Part shown: positions 9,283 through 21,494 of the stretch, one piece after another | How the letters are laid out: each line of letters starts with the position of its first letter | Numbering within the stretch: position 1 is the first letter of the stretch | From: Dehalococcoidia bacterium | GTDB lineage: Bacteria > Chloroflexota > Dehalococcoidia > Lucifugimonadales > UBA3495 | Direction: 5' to 3' | Length of the DNA: 64,000 nucleotides | NCBI GenBank assembly: GCA_030740155.1 | Contig: JASLXV010000054.1 | Location: 1 to 64,000, forward strand | Program-made: the position numbers and the translations under genes | The notes under the pieces: generated by a model | The model's database searches: none | Told to the model about the DNA's origin: nothing | The model's input: only the letters and a program-made list of their open reading frames with translations

Positions 9283-9513
9283 CTAGTCCGGGCCGGGTAC
9301 CCGGGGGCCGGGGTGCCGCCGCCGTTGGACCAGGTAGAACACCACCACGGAGACGGGCATGAGCAGGATCAGCACCCCCAGGCCGGCCACGATGGTCCAC
9401 GGCCCCACTACCAGCACGCTGTCCAGCAGGTCTTTGATCCGCTCGAACAGGTCCGGGTCCACCGCCTCGCCGTGATGCCTGGCCAGTGACCCGAGAATTG
9501 ACCAGGGCATCAC
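9283..9513 (-). CDS. Small single-pass membrane protein
   Basis: Hydrophobic helix WTIVAGLGVLILLMPVSVVVFYLV followed by RRR; directly downstream of MFS gene. Confidence 0.55.
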   Translation of the reverse strand: MMPWSILGSLARHHGEAVDPDLFERIKDLLDSVLVVGPWTIVAGLGVLILLMPVSVVVFYLVQRRRHPGPRVPGPD

Positions 9514-9516
9514 GGA

Positions 9517-10815
9517 TCAGTCCCCCGCGGCCGCGGCTGGCCGCGCCTGGTAGCGGATCGAATACCTCTCCTCTTTAATGGTGAAAGCGGCGAGGGCCGC
9601 TAAGAAGAGTAGCGAGCCAACAATGGCGAAGGGCAAGGTATAGGAGCCGGTAGCGTCTCTCAGAGCCCCGGCCAGCAACACCGCGCTGGCGCCTCCTACC
9701 TGGTGGAAGACGAAGGTTATCCCGGAAATGGTCCCCAGGGCCCGCACACCGTAGACGTCAGCGGTCAAGGACATTGTCAGCGGACCGGTCGCGATCCACG
9801 AGACCCCGGCCATGGCGGCGAACGCCCACAACCCGAATGTGGAGGAAGTGGCCAGCAAGACGACGTAGGCGCAGCCACGGATCAGGTACACTGCGGCCAG
9901 GACATTCTTGCGCCGAAACCTGTCCCCGAGTATTCCCGCTCCGATGCTTCCGGCGACGTTCAGGAGCATCATGAACGAGAATATCCAAGCCGCCATGATC
10001 GGGGAGGCGCCCACCTCTTCCTCCGCGTAAGCCACGAAGTGAATGGCGATCACCATCGTGGTGGCGCCGCAGGCGAAGAACGCGGCGGACATCTGCCAGA
10101 AGGGTGGGGACTGAAACGGCTGCTTCCACTGGTCTGTTTCCAATGGCCCGGATGGCTGGGGGACAACTCCACCAGCGCCGCCTGGTGGTTGGCCGGGCTT
10201 GCCACCTAACCGCTGCCCTAGTTTGTTGGGGCTGTCACGAAGAAACAGTAAGGCAAATGGCACCGAGAGCACCAAAATGATCAGGCCCAAGACGACCCAG
10301 GTTACCCGCCAGCTGGTGGCTTCGATCAAGTAGGCAGCGAACGGGACCAGGATTAACCCGCCGACGGACACTCCAGCTGAATTGATCCCCACCACCGTGG
10401 CCCGTTTACTCCGAAACCACTTGGACAGCAAAGCCGCCGTATTGGTCAATCCGCTACCGCTCAGGCCCGTGGAAACCACGACACCAAACATGAAGGCAAG
10501 GAACAGGATGTGGAAAGTGAAGGCAAGGGATACCGTGGCCAGACCGACGACTATCAGGCTGGCGATAATGATCCGGGCACCCATCCGGTCGAACAGGTAC
10601 CCCATGAACGGCTGGGTTAGCCCGTTGACCAGGAGGCCCAATGAAACGGCCAATGAGATGGTCGTCCTGTCCCACCCCAAGTCGTCGCTCATGGGTTTGA
10701 CGAATACGCCGAATGTCTGACGGGCGCCCACCGTGACCAGGGCTATAAAGAGACACGCCGCGACCACGTACCAGCCCTGGTACAGGCCGCGAGTCTGGCT
10801 TTCGTTTGTTGTCAT
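9517..10815 (-). CDS. MFS transporter
   Basis: YQGWYVVA, GYLFDRMGAR, GILGDRFRRK; start moved to ATG10815. Confidence 0.88.
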   Translation of the reverse strand: MTTNESQTRGLYQGWYVVAACLFIALVTVGARQTFGVFVKPMSDDLGWDRTTISLAVSLGLLVNGLTQPFMGYLFDRMGARIIIASLIVVGLATVSLAFTFHILFLAFMFGVVVSTGLSGSGLTNTAALLSKWFRSKRATVVGINSAGVSVGGLILVPFAAYLIEATSWRVTWVVLGLIILVLSVPFALLFLRDSPNKLGQRLGGKPGQPPGGAGGVVPQPSGPLETDQWKQPFQSPPFWQMSAAFFACGATTMVIAIHFVAYAEEEVGASPIMAAWIFSFMMLLNVAGSIGAGILGDRFRRKNVLAAVYLIRGCAYVVLLATSSTFGLWAFAAMAGVSWIATGPLTMSLTADVYGVRALGTISGITFVFHQVGGASAVLLAGALRDATGSYTLPFAIVGSLLFLAALAAFTIKEERYSIRYQARPAAAAGD

Positions 10816-11065
10816 TCCTTGTCGGCGGCCTTCGGGCCGGCCCATCCTGCGAGACAGCCCGGTGATCCCCTCACGTGCCGGTACCCTCCTCACCGCGCCA
10901 TCCCGCAGTGCCCTCTTTTCAAAACCGGAGCATTCATCTTAACACCCGGCCTCAGGACCGCCTAGCCCGCTCCCGGGGGTCTTGGTCGCACCTGCCGCAA
11001 GAGGGACTGTATATTCTCTTGCTGAAACGAAAGACCAAAGCTGCCCGGTCTCCGCCGGGCCGTGC

Positions 11066-12430
11066 TTACTCCCGGCCTGGCGGAGCATCTTGGGCGTCTC
11101 CTCCAGTACGAACGGCGGTGAGCCGCGCCGGCAGCTTGGGACGCCGCATGGAAGCATAGGCCCCCGCGGAAAAGGCGGCGACCACCGAGGCGACCACCAA
11201 GGGAACACCGTAGCTGTCGTGGTGGTCAAACCACCAGCCCGAGGCAAAAGGCATCACCAGCCAGGCCCAACTGTAGCTCATGCCGATGAACCCCCGTAGA
11301 GTGGCGTAGTGCCTTCGTCCAAAGTAATCGCCTATGGTCCCCCAGTTTATCGGTGTGATGCCTTCCGAGGTCCCGCCGATGACCGCCGCGGCCACGATGA
11401 TCCAAGTCCGGTCGGAAGACAGCAGAAGGACGAAAGCGATAACGTACAGGAGCATCCCTCCGCCCAAGACCGCCGGTTTCGGAGCCCGGTCGGCGAAGTA
11501 TCCAAACAAAAGCTTGGAGGGGACGTTCATGCCGGTCCACAAAGTGTAGATCAAGCCCGCGGAAGCGGGATCCACCCCCTTCCATTGGAAAATCGCGATG
11601 AGGTGGACCTCCACCGCCGCCCTCGACGCCTGCCGCAACATGGTGCCAACCAGCAGCGACCAGTAGCCCCAGGTGCGCAGGGCCTCCTTCACGGTGTAGT
11701 CAACCTGGTCGTAGTCGCTGGTCCCTCTTATCGCCGAGCCCATTCGCCGCTGCTCCGCGGCCTTACTGGCGGCGGCAACCTCCTCCGGCGTCACCCCGTC
11801 GGGCAGCAGGCCGATGCTTTCCGGGGATTCCTTGAGGAATCGAGAGAGAGGCAGGACAATCAGCAGGTAGGCGCACGCCGCCATTACCGCGGCGGTCCGC
11901 CAGCTGTATGCGGCAATCACCAGGACCATGACGGGTATCATGGCGGTTGAGCCAAGATTTCCCGTGGCTTCGCGGATCGCCATGGCTCTCACTCGAAAAC
12001 GGCTGAACCATTTGTTGACCATGGCCATCATGGCATCTTCAAACGCCATCGTAGCCCCAAAGGAAATGAACAACATGTAGGCCAGGGCGAAGATCCAGAC
12101 ATTGGTGGCAGTAGCGAAGATGATGAACCCGGCGCCGGCCAGCACCGTGCCGATGATCAACATCCTCTTGGTCCCGAACCGGTCCACCATGTAACCGACG
12201 GCAGGTCCTCCCAGGGCTCCCTCCGAACGAGCCAAGGAGAAAATCAGGGACGCGGTGGCCCGGCTCAGCCCCAGGCTGGTTTCCACCGGTATCAGGAAGA
12301 CGGTGGCGCCCCGAGAGTAGAAGCTGTTGTTCACCGCGCCGATGAAGCTGACCAGGGCGAGCATTCGCCACCCGTAATACATCTTCTTCGGTCGGTGGAG
12401 ATCAGATACGGTACTACCCATACGTTCCAT
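11066..12430 (-). CDS. MFS transporter
   Basis: YYGWRML, GYMVDRFGTK, GDYFGRRHYATLRG. Confidence 0.88.
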   Translation of the reverse strand: MERMGSTVSDLHRPKKMYYGWRMLALVSFIGAVNNSFYSRGATVFLIPVETSLGLSRATASLIFSLARSEGALGGPAVGYMVDRFGTKRMLIIGTVLAGAGFIIFATATNVWIFALAYMLFISFGATMAFEDAMMAMVNKWFSRFRVRAMAIREATGNLGSTAMIPVMVLVIAAYSWRTAAVMAACAYLLIVLPLSRFLKESPESIGLLPDGVTPEEVAAASKAAEQRRMGSAIRGTSDYDQVDYTVKEALRTWGYWSLLVGTMLRQASRAAVEVHLIAIFQWKGVDPASAGLIYTLWTGMNVPSKLLFGYFADRAPKPAVLGGGMLLYVIAFVLLLSSDRTWIIVAAAVIGGTSEGITPINWGTIGDYFGRRHYATLRGFIGMSYSWAWLVMPFASGWWFDHHDSYGVPLVVASVVAAFSAGAYASMRRPKLPARLTAVRTGGDAQDAPPGRE

Positions 12431-12782
12431 CGTGGGTCAGACGTTTGCCGGAACGACCCTTTGCCTATTTTCCCGGTCCCATCGCCGGCCGGGACCGGCT
12501 GGTGCCGGATCGGCATGGTCGGGCGGTCCAGCGCCCAGTCTACCAACAAGCGCCGGTTATTCCCACCGTCTTGTCGGTCCGGTGGGCTACAAGGCAGCGT
12601 TCGACTGCGGCACAAATTGGAGTGTGTTACCCTGGTCGAGTCCCGATCCCACCTGGTGAACTTCCCGGCCAGAATCAGGCCTATCGGCCGCCTCCAGCCA
12701 CGGGACGGCCTTGAAACACGGCGAAAAACAGCGCTTGGCGCCAAATCCGGAACTCTCGACAGAATCAGAGGTTGCGTTAGTA

Positions 12783-13745
12783 ATGCGTTCCATCGATATT
12801 CACGCCCACGTCACGCCTGGAGCCTTCGTCCGGGCCACGGAATCGGGTGACAGCTGGTACGGCCTGAACGCGGACCTCCTCGGTCCCCACCGGAACAATC
12901 CCCGCACGACCTGGACGCCGGAGGAGCGGTTAGCGGACATGGACGCCTTGGGAGTGGATGTTCAGGTAGTATCGACCAACGCCTTCTTTTACGCCTACGA
13001 AAGGGATTCCGAGACCGCCGTCCGCATGGCCCGGGAGTGCAACGACCACGTGGCCCAGATGACCATGGACCATCCGGACCGGTTCTCCGGCCTCTGCCAG
13101 CTTCCCATGCAAGACATTGCCGCCGCCGTCGCTGAGTTGGAGCGGGGAGTGACCCAACTGGGCCTGAAGGGAGCCATGATCGGTGACCACGTCAACGGAC
13201 GGACCTTCGATGAACCGGAGTTTCTGCCTTTCTGGAAGGCGGCGGAGCAGCTGAGCGCCGTCATCCTGATCCACCAGGGAGGCGCAACTGTGGTGAACGA
13301 GCGCACCAGCCGCTACCATTTGCCCAACACCATCGGCAACCTGGCGGACCGAGCCGTCACCTTCGCTTCCCTCGTCTTCGGTGGGGTCATGGACCGGTAC
13401 CCCAACCTGAAGGTCTGTCTCTCCCACGCCGGCGGCTACACCTGCTTCGGCATTGGCCGCATGGACCGGGGCTGGCAGGTGCGTTCGGAAGCGCGAATCC
13501 ACCTCCAAAAGCCTCCAAGCGCGTACCTGGGACGCTTCTACTACGACTGCATCACCCACAGCGAAGCCGCCCTGCGGATGGTGATTGATACCGTTGGCAT
13601 CGACCGGGTGGTCTTCGGCACCGATTGGCCTTTCGACATGGCCATCGATTGGCCGGTTACCTGGCTTCTGGGCCTTGAGAGCTTGACCCAAGCAGAGAAG
13701 GAAGCGATTCTGTGGAAGAACTCGGAGAAGCTTCTCGACATCTAA
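12783..13745 (+). CDS. Amidohydrolase family 2 (ACMSD-like decarboxylase/hydrolase)
   Basis: IDIHAH, ILIHQ, SHAGG, VVFGTDWPF. Confidence 0.88.
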   Translation: MRSIDIHAHVTPGAFVRATESGDSWYGLNADLLGPHRNNPRTTWTPEERLADMDALGVDVQVVSTNAFFYAYERDSETAVRMARECNDHVAQMTMDHPDRFSGLCQLPMQDIAAAVAELERGVTQLGLKGAMIGDHVNGRTFDEPEFLPFWKAAEQLSAVILIHQGGATVVNERTSRYHLPNTIGNLADRAVTFASLVFGGVMDRYPNLKVCLSHAGGYTCFGIGRMDRGWQVRSEARIHLQKPPSAYLGRFYYDCITHSEAALRMVIDTVGIDRVVFGTDWPFDMAIDWPVTWLLGLESLTQAEKEAILWKNSEKLLDI

Positions 13746-13902
13746 AGTATTGTCCCGCCGTTATCCGGACCGCCATTTTCGGCTGGCCCAGCTCAAGGAC
13801 CCCTATGGTAACCTCTTCACATAAGCCGCGAAAACAGGGCGTGCCCGGCGCCGGGCCACCCAACAAACTGCTGCCGGTATTGGCAGGGTTTACCCTAAAG
13901 CC

Positions 13903-14000
13903 GTCATTCCGAGGAGCCATGCGACGAGGAATCTGGTGCGAGATTCTTCCCGAGGAGCCTGGATCCACCACCCAAGACCCCTCGCTACACTCGGTGTGAC
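13903..14000. repeat. REP-like palindromic element, family GTCATTCCGAG...GAGGAATCT
   Basis: Left arm GTCATTCCGAGGAGCCATGCGACGAGGAATC is near reverse complement of right arm of 23861-23933. Confidence 0.65.
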
Positions 14001-14098
14001 ATGTCCCGGGGCACTATTGAGGCGAGGCCGAGCCGGAGAACGAGTGTACCTCGCTCGTCCGGCCCCACCGGGCAACAAGGGTAGATGAGGAGTAGACC

Positions 14099-15948
<1,850 letters not shown>

Positions 15949-16168
15949 AGATGGTGAAGGTGAAACCTCCGGGGGACCGGTGCAAGCCCGCGCCGCCGGC
16001 CGGTCAACTTGGGCAGGTACTTGTCGTTCAAGCCCCTCCAGTTCGGCTCAGGACAAGCTCCGCGACACCTCTCATTGTTACCGTGAGTTTCTTCGTCGCT
16101 CCTCTCCCCAGAAACGTTCATGCCTTGATTGCGTGGGGCGCCATGGCCGGCGAAAATGGACACAGCCC

Positions 16169-16267
16169 TGTCATCCCGAGTCCTTCGCGGGGAGGACTCG
16201 GGATCTGGGGAGGTGGAGGAGAATCTCTGCCCAGATGCTTCGCCGCTGCGGCTGGCTCAGCATGACA
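16169..16267. repeat. REP-like palindromic element (TGTCATCCCGAG...CTCAGCATGACA)
   Basis: Terminal inverted TGTCAT/ATGACA with internal hairpins; related to 13903 and 23861. Confidence 0.55.
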
Positions 16268-16371
16268 CTTGCGAAGCAATAACATCTTACAAGAATCAAA
16301 TCGGCTGAGTCCTACAGTGCCGCCCAGGTCTAGATTTACATCGGCGATACTCTGCGACGTTCCCGCCCGCC

Positions 16372-16441
16372 ATCGCCTTTCCGGCGAAGGCCGGAATCCA
16401 GAGACGCCCCAGCTACATCCCGGCCTTCGCCGGAAATAACG
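16372..16441. repeat. REP-like element, family TTCCGGCGNAGGCCGGAATCCAG
   Basis: Same core as two copies at 48176-48280; inverted arm CCCGGCCTTCGCCGGAAA. Confidence 0.65.
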
Positions 16442-16701
16442 TCCGGGTAGCAATTCGTTTACGATTCACCAGGCTAGGGGCAAGCCGGAAGCCCCGGACA
16501 CCTACCTTTCGAGTGCTCACCGGCAAATGCCGAGTGCACGATCCTTGAAGTTGTTGCCCCGCCTACCCCACTCCCGCCGTGCCTCCCCACGGCTGGCTGA
16601 ATTTGATATACTTTGGTCTCGAAAGACCCTTCGAAAACGAGAGCATCTGTCCATCGGGCCGGGGCTTACGAGCCGGATCCGATTGTGACTAGGAGGTCCC
16701 A

Positions 16702-18036
16702 ATGCGAGTAGTCCATTACGTCAACCAGTTCTTTGGAGGTATCGGCGGCGAGGAGAAAGCCAATATTCCCGTGGAGGTGCGGGAGGGCCCGGTGGGTCCG
16801 GGCCGGCTTCTCCAGCAACTCCTGGGCGACCAGGGTTCCGTGGTCGCCACTATCATCTGCGGCGATAACCACATCAACGAGGAACCGGAGGCCCTCAAGG
16901 CGGTAGTCCAGGCCCTGCGTGAGGCCCGGCCTGACGTCGTCATAGCGGGTCCGGCCTTCGACGCCGGCCGCTACGGCCTGGCTTGCGGAGCCGTGTGCCA
17001 AGCCGCCGAGGAGATAGGAATACCTGCCGTGACCGCCATGGAGCCCGAAAATCCGGGCGTGATCAGCTACCGGCGGTCCGTTGTAATGGTCCCCACCGAC
17101 GCCGGCCCGGCCGAAATGCAGTCAATCCTTTCCCAGATGCAGCGCATCGCCCTGAAGCTCGGCGCCGGCGAAGAACTGGGGCCGGCCGAGGAGGAAGGTT
17201 ACCTGCCTCGGGGAATCCGCAAGCTTGCCACGCGGCAAGGCCCCGGATACAAGCGGGCCCTCGCCATGCTGGTCAAGAAGCTCAACGGTCAGCCCTTCGT
17301 ATCGGAAGTCCCCTTCCAGTCGCCCGAGAACGTCTCGCCGGCGGCGGCTCTGCCCGACCTGAGCCGCGCCACCATCGCGCTGGTATCCACCGGCGGGCTG
17401 ATCCCTAAGGGTAACCCCGACCGCATGGTCGCCGGCAACGCCGACCGGTACCACGCTTACTCGATCGAGGGCCTGGCGAGCCTGACCAGCGACCGTTGGG
17501 AGGCGTTCCACAGCGGGTACTACAATCAGATTGCCAGTGATAACCCCAACTACATCCTCCCATTGAGCCACTTGCGCCACCTTGAGTCGGAAGGGATAAT
17601 TGGCCAGGTGTGCTCGCACCTGTTCACCATGGCGGGCGTGAGCACCCCGGTGGCCAACTCCAAGGGCCTCGGAGTCAAGTTGGCCCAGGAACTCAAAGAG
17701 AAATCGGTGGATGCCTGTATTCTGGTCGCCACTTGAGGGACCTGCAATCGTTGCGGCGCAACGATAACGAAAGAGATCGAACGGGTGGGCATACCGGTAG
17801 CCATGATCACCGCCCTGTACACCCTGGCCCTCACCACCGGCGCCAACCGGGTGGTCAAGGGCTCCCGCATCGAGCACGTCTGCGGCGACCCGGATCTGGG
17901 CCCCGAGAAGGACTTCGCTTTCGGCCTCCGGATAGTCCAAACGGCGCTGGAGGCCCTCGAAACCACGGTCACCGGCCCCACTCTCTTCGAGCCGGGCGAG
18001 ACCAGTTCCCCCAAGGAGGCGGTCCATGCGTCTTGA
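16702..18036 (+). CDS. grdB: Glycine/sarcosine/betaine reductase selenoprotein B (Sec at TGA 17734-17736)
   Basis: VVHYVNQFFGGIGGEEKA, AGPAFDAGRYG; reading through TGA gives LVAT-U-GTCNRCGATITKEIERVGIPV (UxxCxxC), in frame with ORF 17785-18036; 444 aa. Confidence 0.92.
17747..17765 (+). promoter_or_regulatory. Candidate SECIS hairpin of grdB
   Basis: Perfect stem ATCGTTGC-GGC-GCAACGAT starting 11 nt after UGA. Confidence 0.65.
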
Positions 18037-19315
18037 AATGGGCACCTTTCCGGTAAATGAGATAGTCTTCGGGTCGCAAACCCGGTGGACCGATGGACTG
18101 CTGGAGGTCTGCCGGGAGGACCTCATCCAAGCCGTGGCCGATGATCCCCGGATAAAAAAGATCGAGTTGGAGCTGACCAATCCTGGCGACTCAACCCGCA
18201 TCTGGCCGGTGCGAGATGTCGTCGAGCCTCGCATCAAGGTCCGGGGACAGGGCATGGTCTACCCCGGAATCTGCGGCCGGCCCATTGCCACCGTCGGCGA
18301 GGGGCGCACCCATCGGCTGTCCGGCATGGGGGTGGTCGAAGTATCCGAAACCCTTTGGCACGAGTCGGGGGGAGACCATATCTTCGTTTACCAGGATATG
18401 TCCGGCCCCTGGGCCGAGCTTATCCCCCAGAGCAGCCTGATCAGCTTGTGCGTCGTTGTCGAGCCGGACCCGGCACTCGGGGTCGATGCCAGAAACGACG
18501 CCGTCCACAAGGCGGTCCTGACGGTTTCCGACCTTCTGGCCGCGGCCACCAGCGAGTTGGAGCCGCCGGAGATAGAAGTTTTTGAACTCAAGGAGCCAGA
18601 CCCATCCCTCCAGAACGTAGTCTACATCCAGTGCCTCCACTCACCACAAGCCATGTCGGGTTCCCCGAGCACTTTCTGCACATCAACCTATGGCCTCACC
18701 CAACTCACCCCGCCCTGGCTGTTTCACCCGAACGAAATTATGGACGGGGCGATCACCGGCCCTTATCGCACCGCCTTCGCCAACTCTTGGACGGTGGCCA
18801 ACAACCCGTTGCTGCTGGACCTGTACCGCCGCCAGGGCATCGACTTCAACTTCATCGGAGTCATCGCCACCCGGACCGAGTGGACCACCCAGCAGGAAAA
18901 GGAAATGACCGCCAACCAGACCGCCAAGCTGGCCAAGATGATTGGCGCCCAGGGCGCACTGGTTACCTGGGACGCGGGCGGCAACGAATTCATCGAGGTG
19001 ATCCGCACGGTGCAGGCCTGTGAACACGTTGGGATCAAGACCGTGTTCCTTACCAGCGAAGATGATCCCACGGGCGCCGCGCCGACGATGCTGGAGCCGG
19101 TCCCCGAGGCCGACGCCATCGTGACCACCGGGTTCTTCAAGTCTGAGTTGCTGGGCATGAGCCCCCTGCCACCGGTGGAGCGGGTCATCGGCAACCCTCA
19201 ATTTATCAGCGGGCAGCTCCGGGACCACTACGTCCCCACTGCGGGTCCGCTACCCGCTCCCCAGCGCTACGACGACCACTACGGCTTCGGGGAGATTAGC
19301 AGCCAAGGGTACTGA
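18026..19315 (+). CDS. Glycine/sarcosine/betaine reductase component B proprotein subunit (GrdE/GrdG/GrdI family)
   Basis: MRLEMGTF, PGDSTRIWPVRDVVEPRIK, GEGRTHRL, HPNEIMDGA, GIKTV; overlaps grdB stop. Confidence 0.88.
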   Translation: MRLEMGTFPVNEIVFGSQTRWTDGLLEVCREDLIQAVADDPRIKKIELELTNPGDSTRIWPVRDVVEPRIKVRGQGMVYPGICGRPIATVGEGRTHRLSGMGVVEVSETLWHESGGDHIFVYQDMSGPWAELIPQSSLISLCVVVEPDPALGVDARNDAVHKAVLTVSDLLAAATSELEPPEIEVFELKEPDPSLQNVVYIQCLHSPQAMSGSPSTFCTSTYGLTQLTPPWLFHPNEIMDGAITGPYRTAFANSWTVANNPLLLDLYRRQGIDFNFIGVIATRTEWTTQQEKEMTANQTAKLAKMIGAQGALVTWDAGGNEFIEVIRTVQACEHVGIKTVFLTSEDDPTGAAPTMLEPVPEADAIVTTGFFKSELLGMSPLPPVERVIGNPQFISGQLRDHYVPTAGPLPAPQRYDDHYGFGEISSQGY

Positions 19316-19456
19316 GGGGGAGATCGCCCTTTGCGCCTATTGGAGCGCAAATCGGCTCTGCTTTCAGGGCTGGTTTATGTGGCTTGTTGAGCAGGGTTTT
19401 GAGCAATGTGCGGGTCGATATGAATCGATGCTAGGCTCAAGAGAAGGGGGCCAACC

Positions 19457-20233
19457 GTGGCAGAAGCCATCGACCAGCCAGTGGACCGTTGCAAGTGCGA
19501 CGCTACGCTCGACGAACCGGCCGGTACCCCAGTCGAAAACCGTGTTCCCTGTCCGTCTTGCGGCTCCAGGAACCGAGCTCTTGTCAGACGTTTGACGACG
19601 GAGATTGGGTTGAGCGCGCATCTGTCTGCACTCCAAGAGCGCCAAGGCGAAGTCATCAGCTTCTCCGAATCTGAGCGACAGGGGCTCGCCAGCGGAGCTT
19701 CCTTAGGAGACGATGGAGTCGACATGGTTCTTGTTGGGCCCAGCCCACAGGGCGAGCAAGACACGAAGGCAACGTGTGAAAGGTTGAGGGAGCGGCTTAA
19801 CCTCGACGGTGCTAGCTGGACTTATGTTAGGGAGGGGAAGGAAGAGCCCGCAGATTGCGAACTGGTCGACGCAGGCAACGGCGAGAAAACGCTGAAAGTT
19901 CAGGTTGTCCGCGCCATTGTATCCCATGAGTTGTGGCGCGACCTGAACTCACGGAAATCTGCAACAAGATCCCTCTCGCCCGCGAAGGCCGTAGATGAGG
20001 TCCGGGCGGCCATTAAGAAGAAAGCCAACGACCGAAGGATTCCGGGGAACGTGCGATCACAGCTAGTCCTTGCTCTCGATGCCACGCGGCTGCCGGGCCT
20101 AGCATTCGACGCAATAATGCGCGAGTTTCGAACGAAGAACATGGCATGGACGGCTTCCCTTGGTTTTGCCGCAGTCTGGCTCGTCGGATCGGAACTGCGG
20201 TTGGTCTGGCGCCTAGATTCGTACAGCCTTTAG
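19457..20233 (+). CDS. Hypothetical protein, N-terminal Zn-ribbon, possible restriction-endonuclease-like C-terminal domain
   Basis: CKC..CPSCGS; ADCEL...KVQVVR resembles D-x(n)-QxK/T core; lower GC than flanks. Confidence 0.6.
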   Translation: MAEAIDQPVDRCKCDATLDEPAGTPVENRVPCPSCGSRNRALVRRLTTEIGLSAHLSALQERQGEVISFSESERQGLASGASLGDDGVDMVLVGPSPQGEQDTKATCERLRERLNLDGASWTYVREGKEEPADCELVDAGNGEKTLKVQVVRAIVSHELWRDLNSRKSATRSLSPAKAVDEVRAAIKKKANDRRIPGNVRSQLVLALDATRLPGLAFDAIMREFRTKNMAWTASLGFAAVWLVGSELRLVWRLDSYSL

Positions 20234-20297
20234 CGTTTTATTGCCAGTCTTCTCGGTGTATGACGACTCGCTTGCGGCGATCAACTCCTGCTTCTAA

Positions 20298-20528
20298 TGC
20301 CTGACACAAAGTGCAAAGGAAGACCACCCGCCAGCGCACTTCCACGCGGTGTACGGTGATTACGAAATCACAGTGGCGATAGAGACTGGCGTCATGACAG
20401 GCCACTTCCCGAGGCGGGCTTTGAGGCATGTTGTTGAGTGGCACGCACTCCACAAAGAGGAACTGCTAGAAGATTGGGAGCTTGCTCAAGCACGGAGACC
20501 ATTGAAAAAGATAGCTCCATTGGAGTAG
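20298..20528 (+). pseudogene. DUF4160 (HicA-like, DhiT-type) toxin, 5'-truncated
   Basis: Manual: EDHPPAHFHAVYGDYEITVAIETGVMTGHFPRRALRHVVEWHALHKEELLEDWELAQARRPLKKIAPLE*; in-frame TAA at 20295, no in-frame ATG, family N-terminus absent. Confidence 0.75.
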
Positions 20529-20532
20529 ACCT

Positions 20533-20778
20533 ATGACCTCATGGGTAATTGAAGCGAAGTACCTTCGCGATTTCATTCTCCACCTGCGGTTCTCCGACGG
20601 CACAGAGGGTGACGTGGATCTCAGCCAAGAGCTGGAAGGCGAAGTATTTGAACCGCTCAAGAAGCGCGCTTTCTTCAAAGAGTTCACCGTTAGTCCTGAG
20701 TTCCACACTTTGATGTGGCCGAACGGTGCGGATTTTGCGCCCGAGTTCTTGTACCAGAGGGTTCAGATATCCGCCTAA
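20533..20778 (+). CDS. DUF2442 antitoxin-like protein
   Basis: LRFSDGTEGDVDL, GEVFEPLK, TLMWPNGADFAPEFLY. Confidence 0.88.
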   Translation: MTSWVIEAKYLRDFILHLRFSDGTEGDVDLSQELEGEVFEPLKKRAFFKEFTVSPEFHTLMWPNGADFAPEFLYQRVQISA

Positions 20779-20838
20779 CAAGGCGCTGCAACGCCCAAGG
20801 TCGTGACCATCCCGGCAGCCCTTATATTTCAGATTGAT

Positions 20839-20867
20839 ATAGCATGATATCCGTGGTATCGTGCTAT
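20839..20867. promoter_or_regulatory. Inverted repeat, probable HigA operator
   Basis: ATAGCATGATA-N7-TATCGTGCTAT (10/11 match) immediately before higB GTG. Confidence 0.55.
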
Positions 20868-20868
20868 C

Positions 20869-21164
20869 GTGATAACGGGCTTCGCCGACAGCGGAACCGA
20901 GGACGTGTTCAACGGCCGAACACCTCCGATGCGAGGCGTACCTGTCCTCGATCTCTCTGGGGTGTCACGTTCCGCAAGCTTGACCAGCTTGACTCGGCGA
21001 CTGAAATAAGCGACCTGGCGATACCCCGGGGAAATCGTCTGGAAGCGTTGAAAGGTGAAAGGCAAGGTCAGCACAGCCTGCGGATCAATGATCAATTTCG
21101 GCTCTGCTTTCGTTGGACCGAGGCTGGACCGGTTGATGTGGAAATAGTCGATTATCACAACTGA
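20869..21164 (+). pseudogene. higB: HigB (RelE/ParE, plasmid killer type) toxin with -1 frameshift at ~20918
   Basis: GTG20869 gives MITGFADSGTEDVFNGR, continuing in another frame as NTSDARRTCPRSLW...GNRLEALKGERQGQHSLRINDQFRLCFRW..VEIVDYH. Confidence 0.78.
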
Positions 21165-21185
21165 TGTGGAAGAAAGATCGGGGCG

Positions 21186-21494
21186 ATGAGTATGGTTCGA
21201 ATTCCCGCATACCGTGAGCCAACCCATCCTGGCGACATGTTGCTGGAGGAGTTCTTGAAACCTCTGTCGCTCACGCAACGGGATTTGGCGGACGGAATCC
21301 ATGTACCCTATCAGCGGGTGAATGAAATCGTGAACGGCCGCAGAGGCATCACGCCAAGCACCGCGTTGCGATTGGCGAAGTTCTTCGGCAATTCTGAGGG
21401 TTTTTGGATGAACCTTCAGCTTCGATGGGACCTTTACCATGCCAAGAGATCCGAGGCAGAAGAACTCCAAAGAATCGAAAAGGTAAACGCATAG
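21186..21494 (+). CDS. higA: HigA addiction-module antitoxin (XRE HTH)
   Basis: PTHPGDMLLEEFLKP, RVNEIVNGRRGITPSTALRLAKFFG...FWMNLQ. Confidence 0.92.
   Translation: MSMVRIPAYREPTHPGDMLLEEFLKPLSLTQRDLADGIHVPYQRVNEIVNGRRGITPSTALRLAKFFGNSEGFWMNLQLRWDLYHAKRSEAEELQRIEKVNA

Noticed and set aside
17734..17736. Nonsense mutations/pseudogenes at the TGA codons of grdB, grdA, UGSC and SelW
   Set aside because: Each TGA falls at the family Sec/Cys position and is followed by a hairpin
20844..20918. ORF-track N-terminus of HigB (MISVVSCYRD...)
   Set aside because: Family-like N-terminus is in another frame from GTG20869; the ATG lies within the operator repeat
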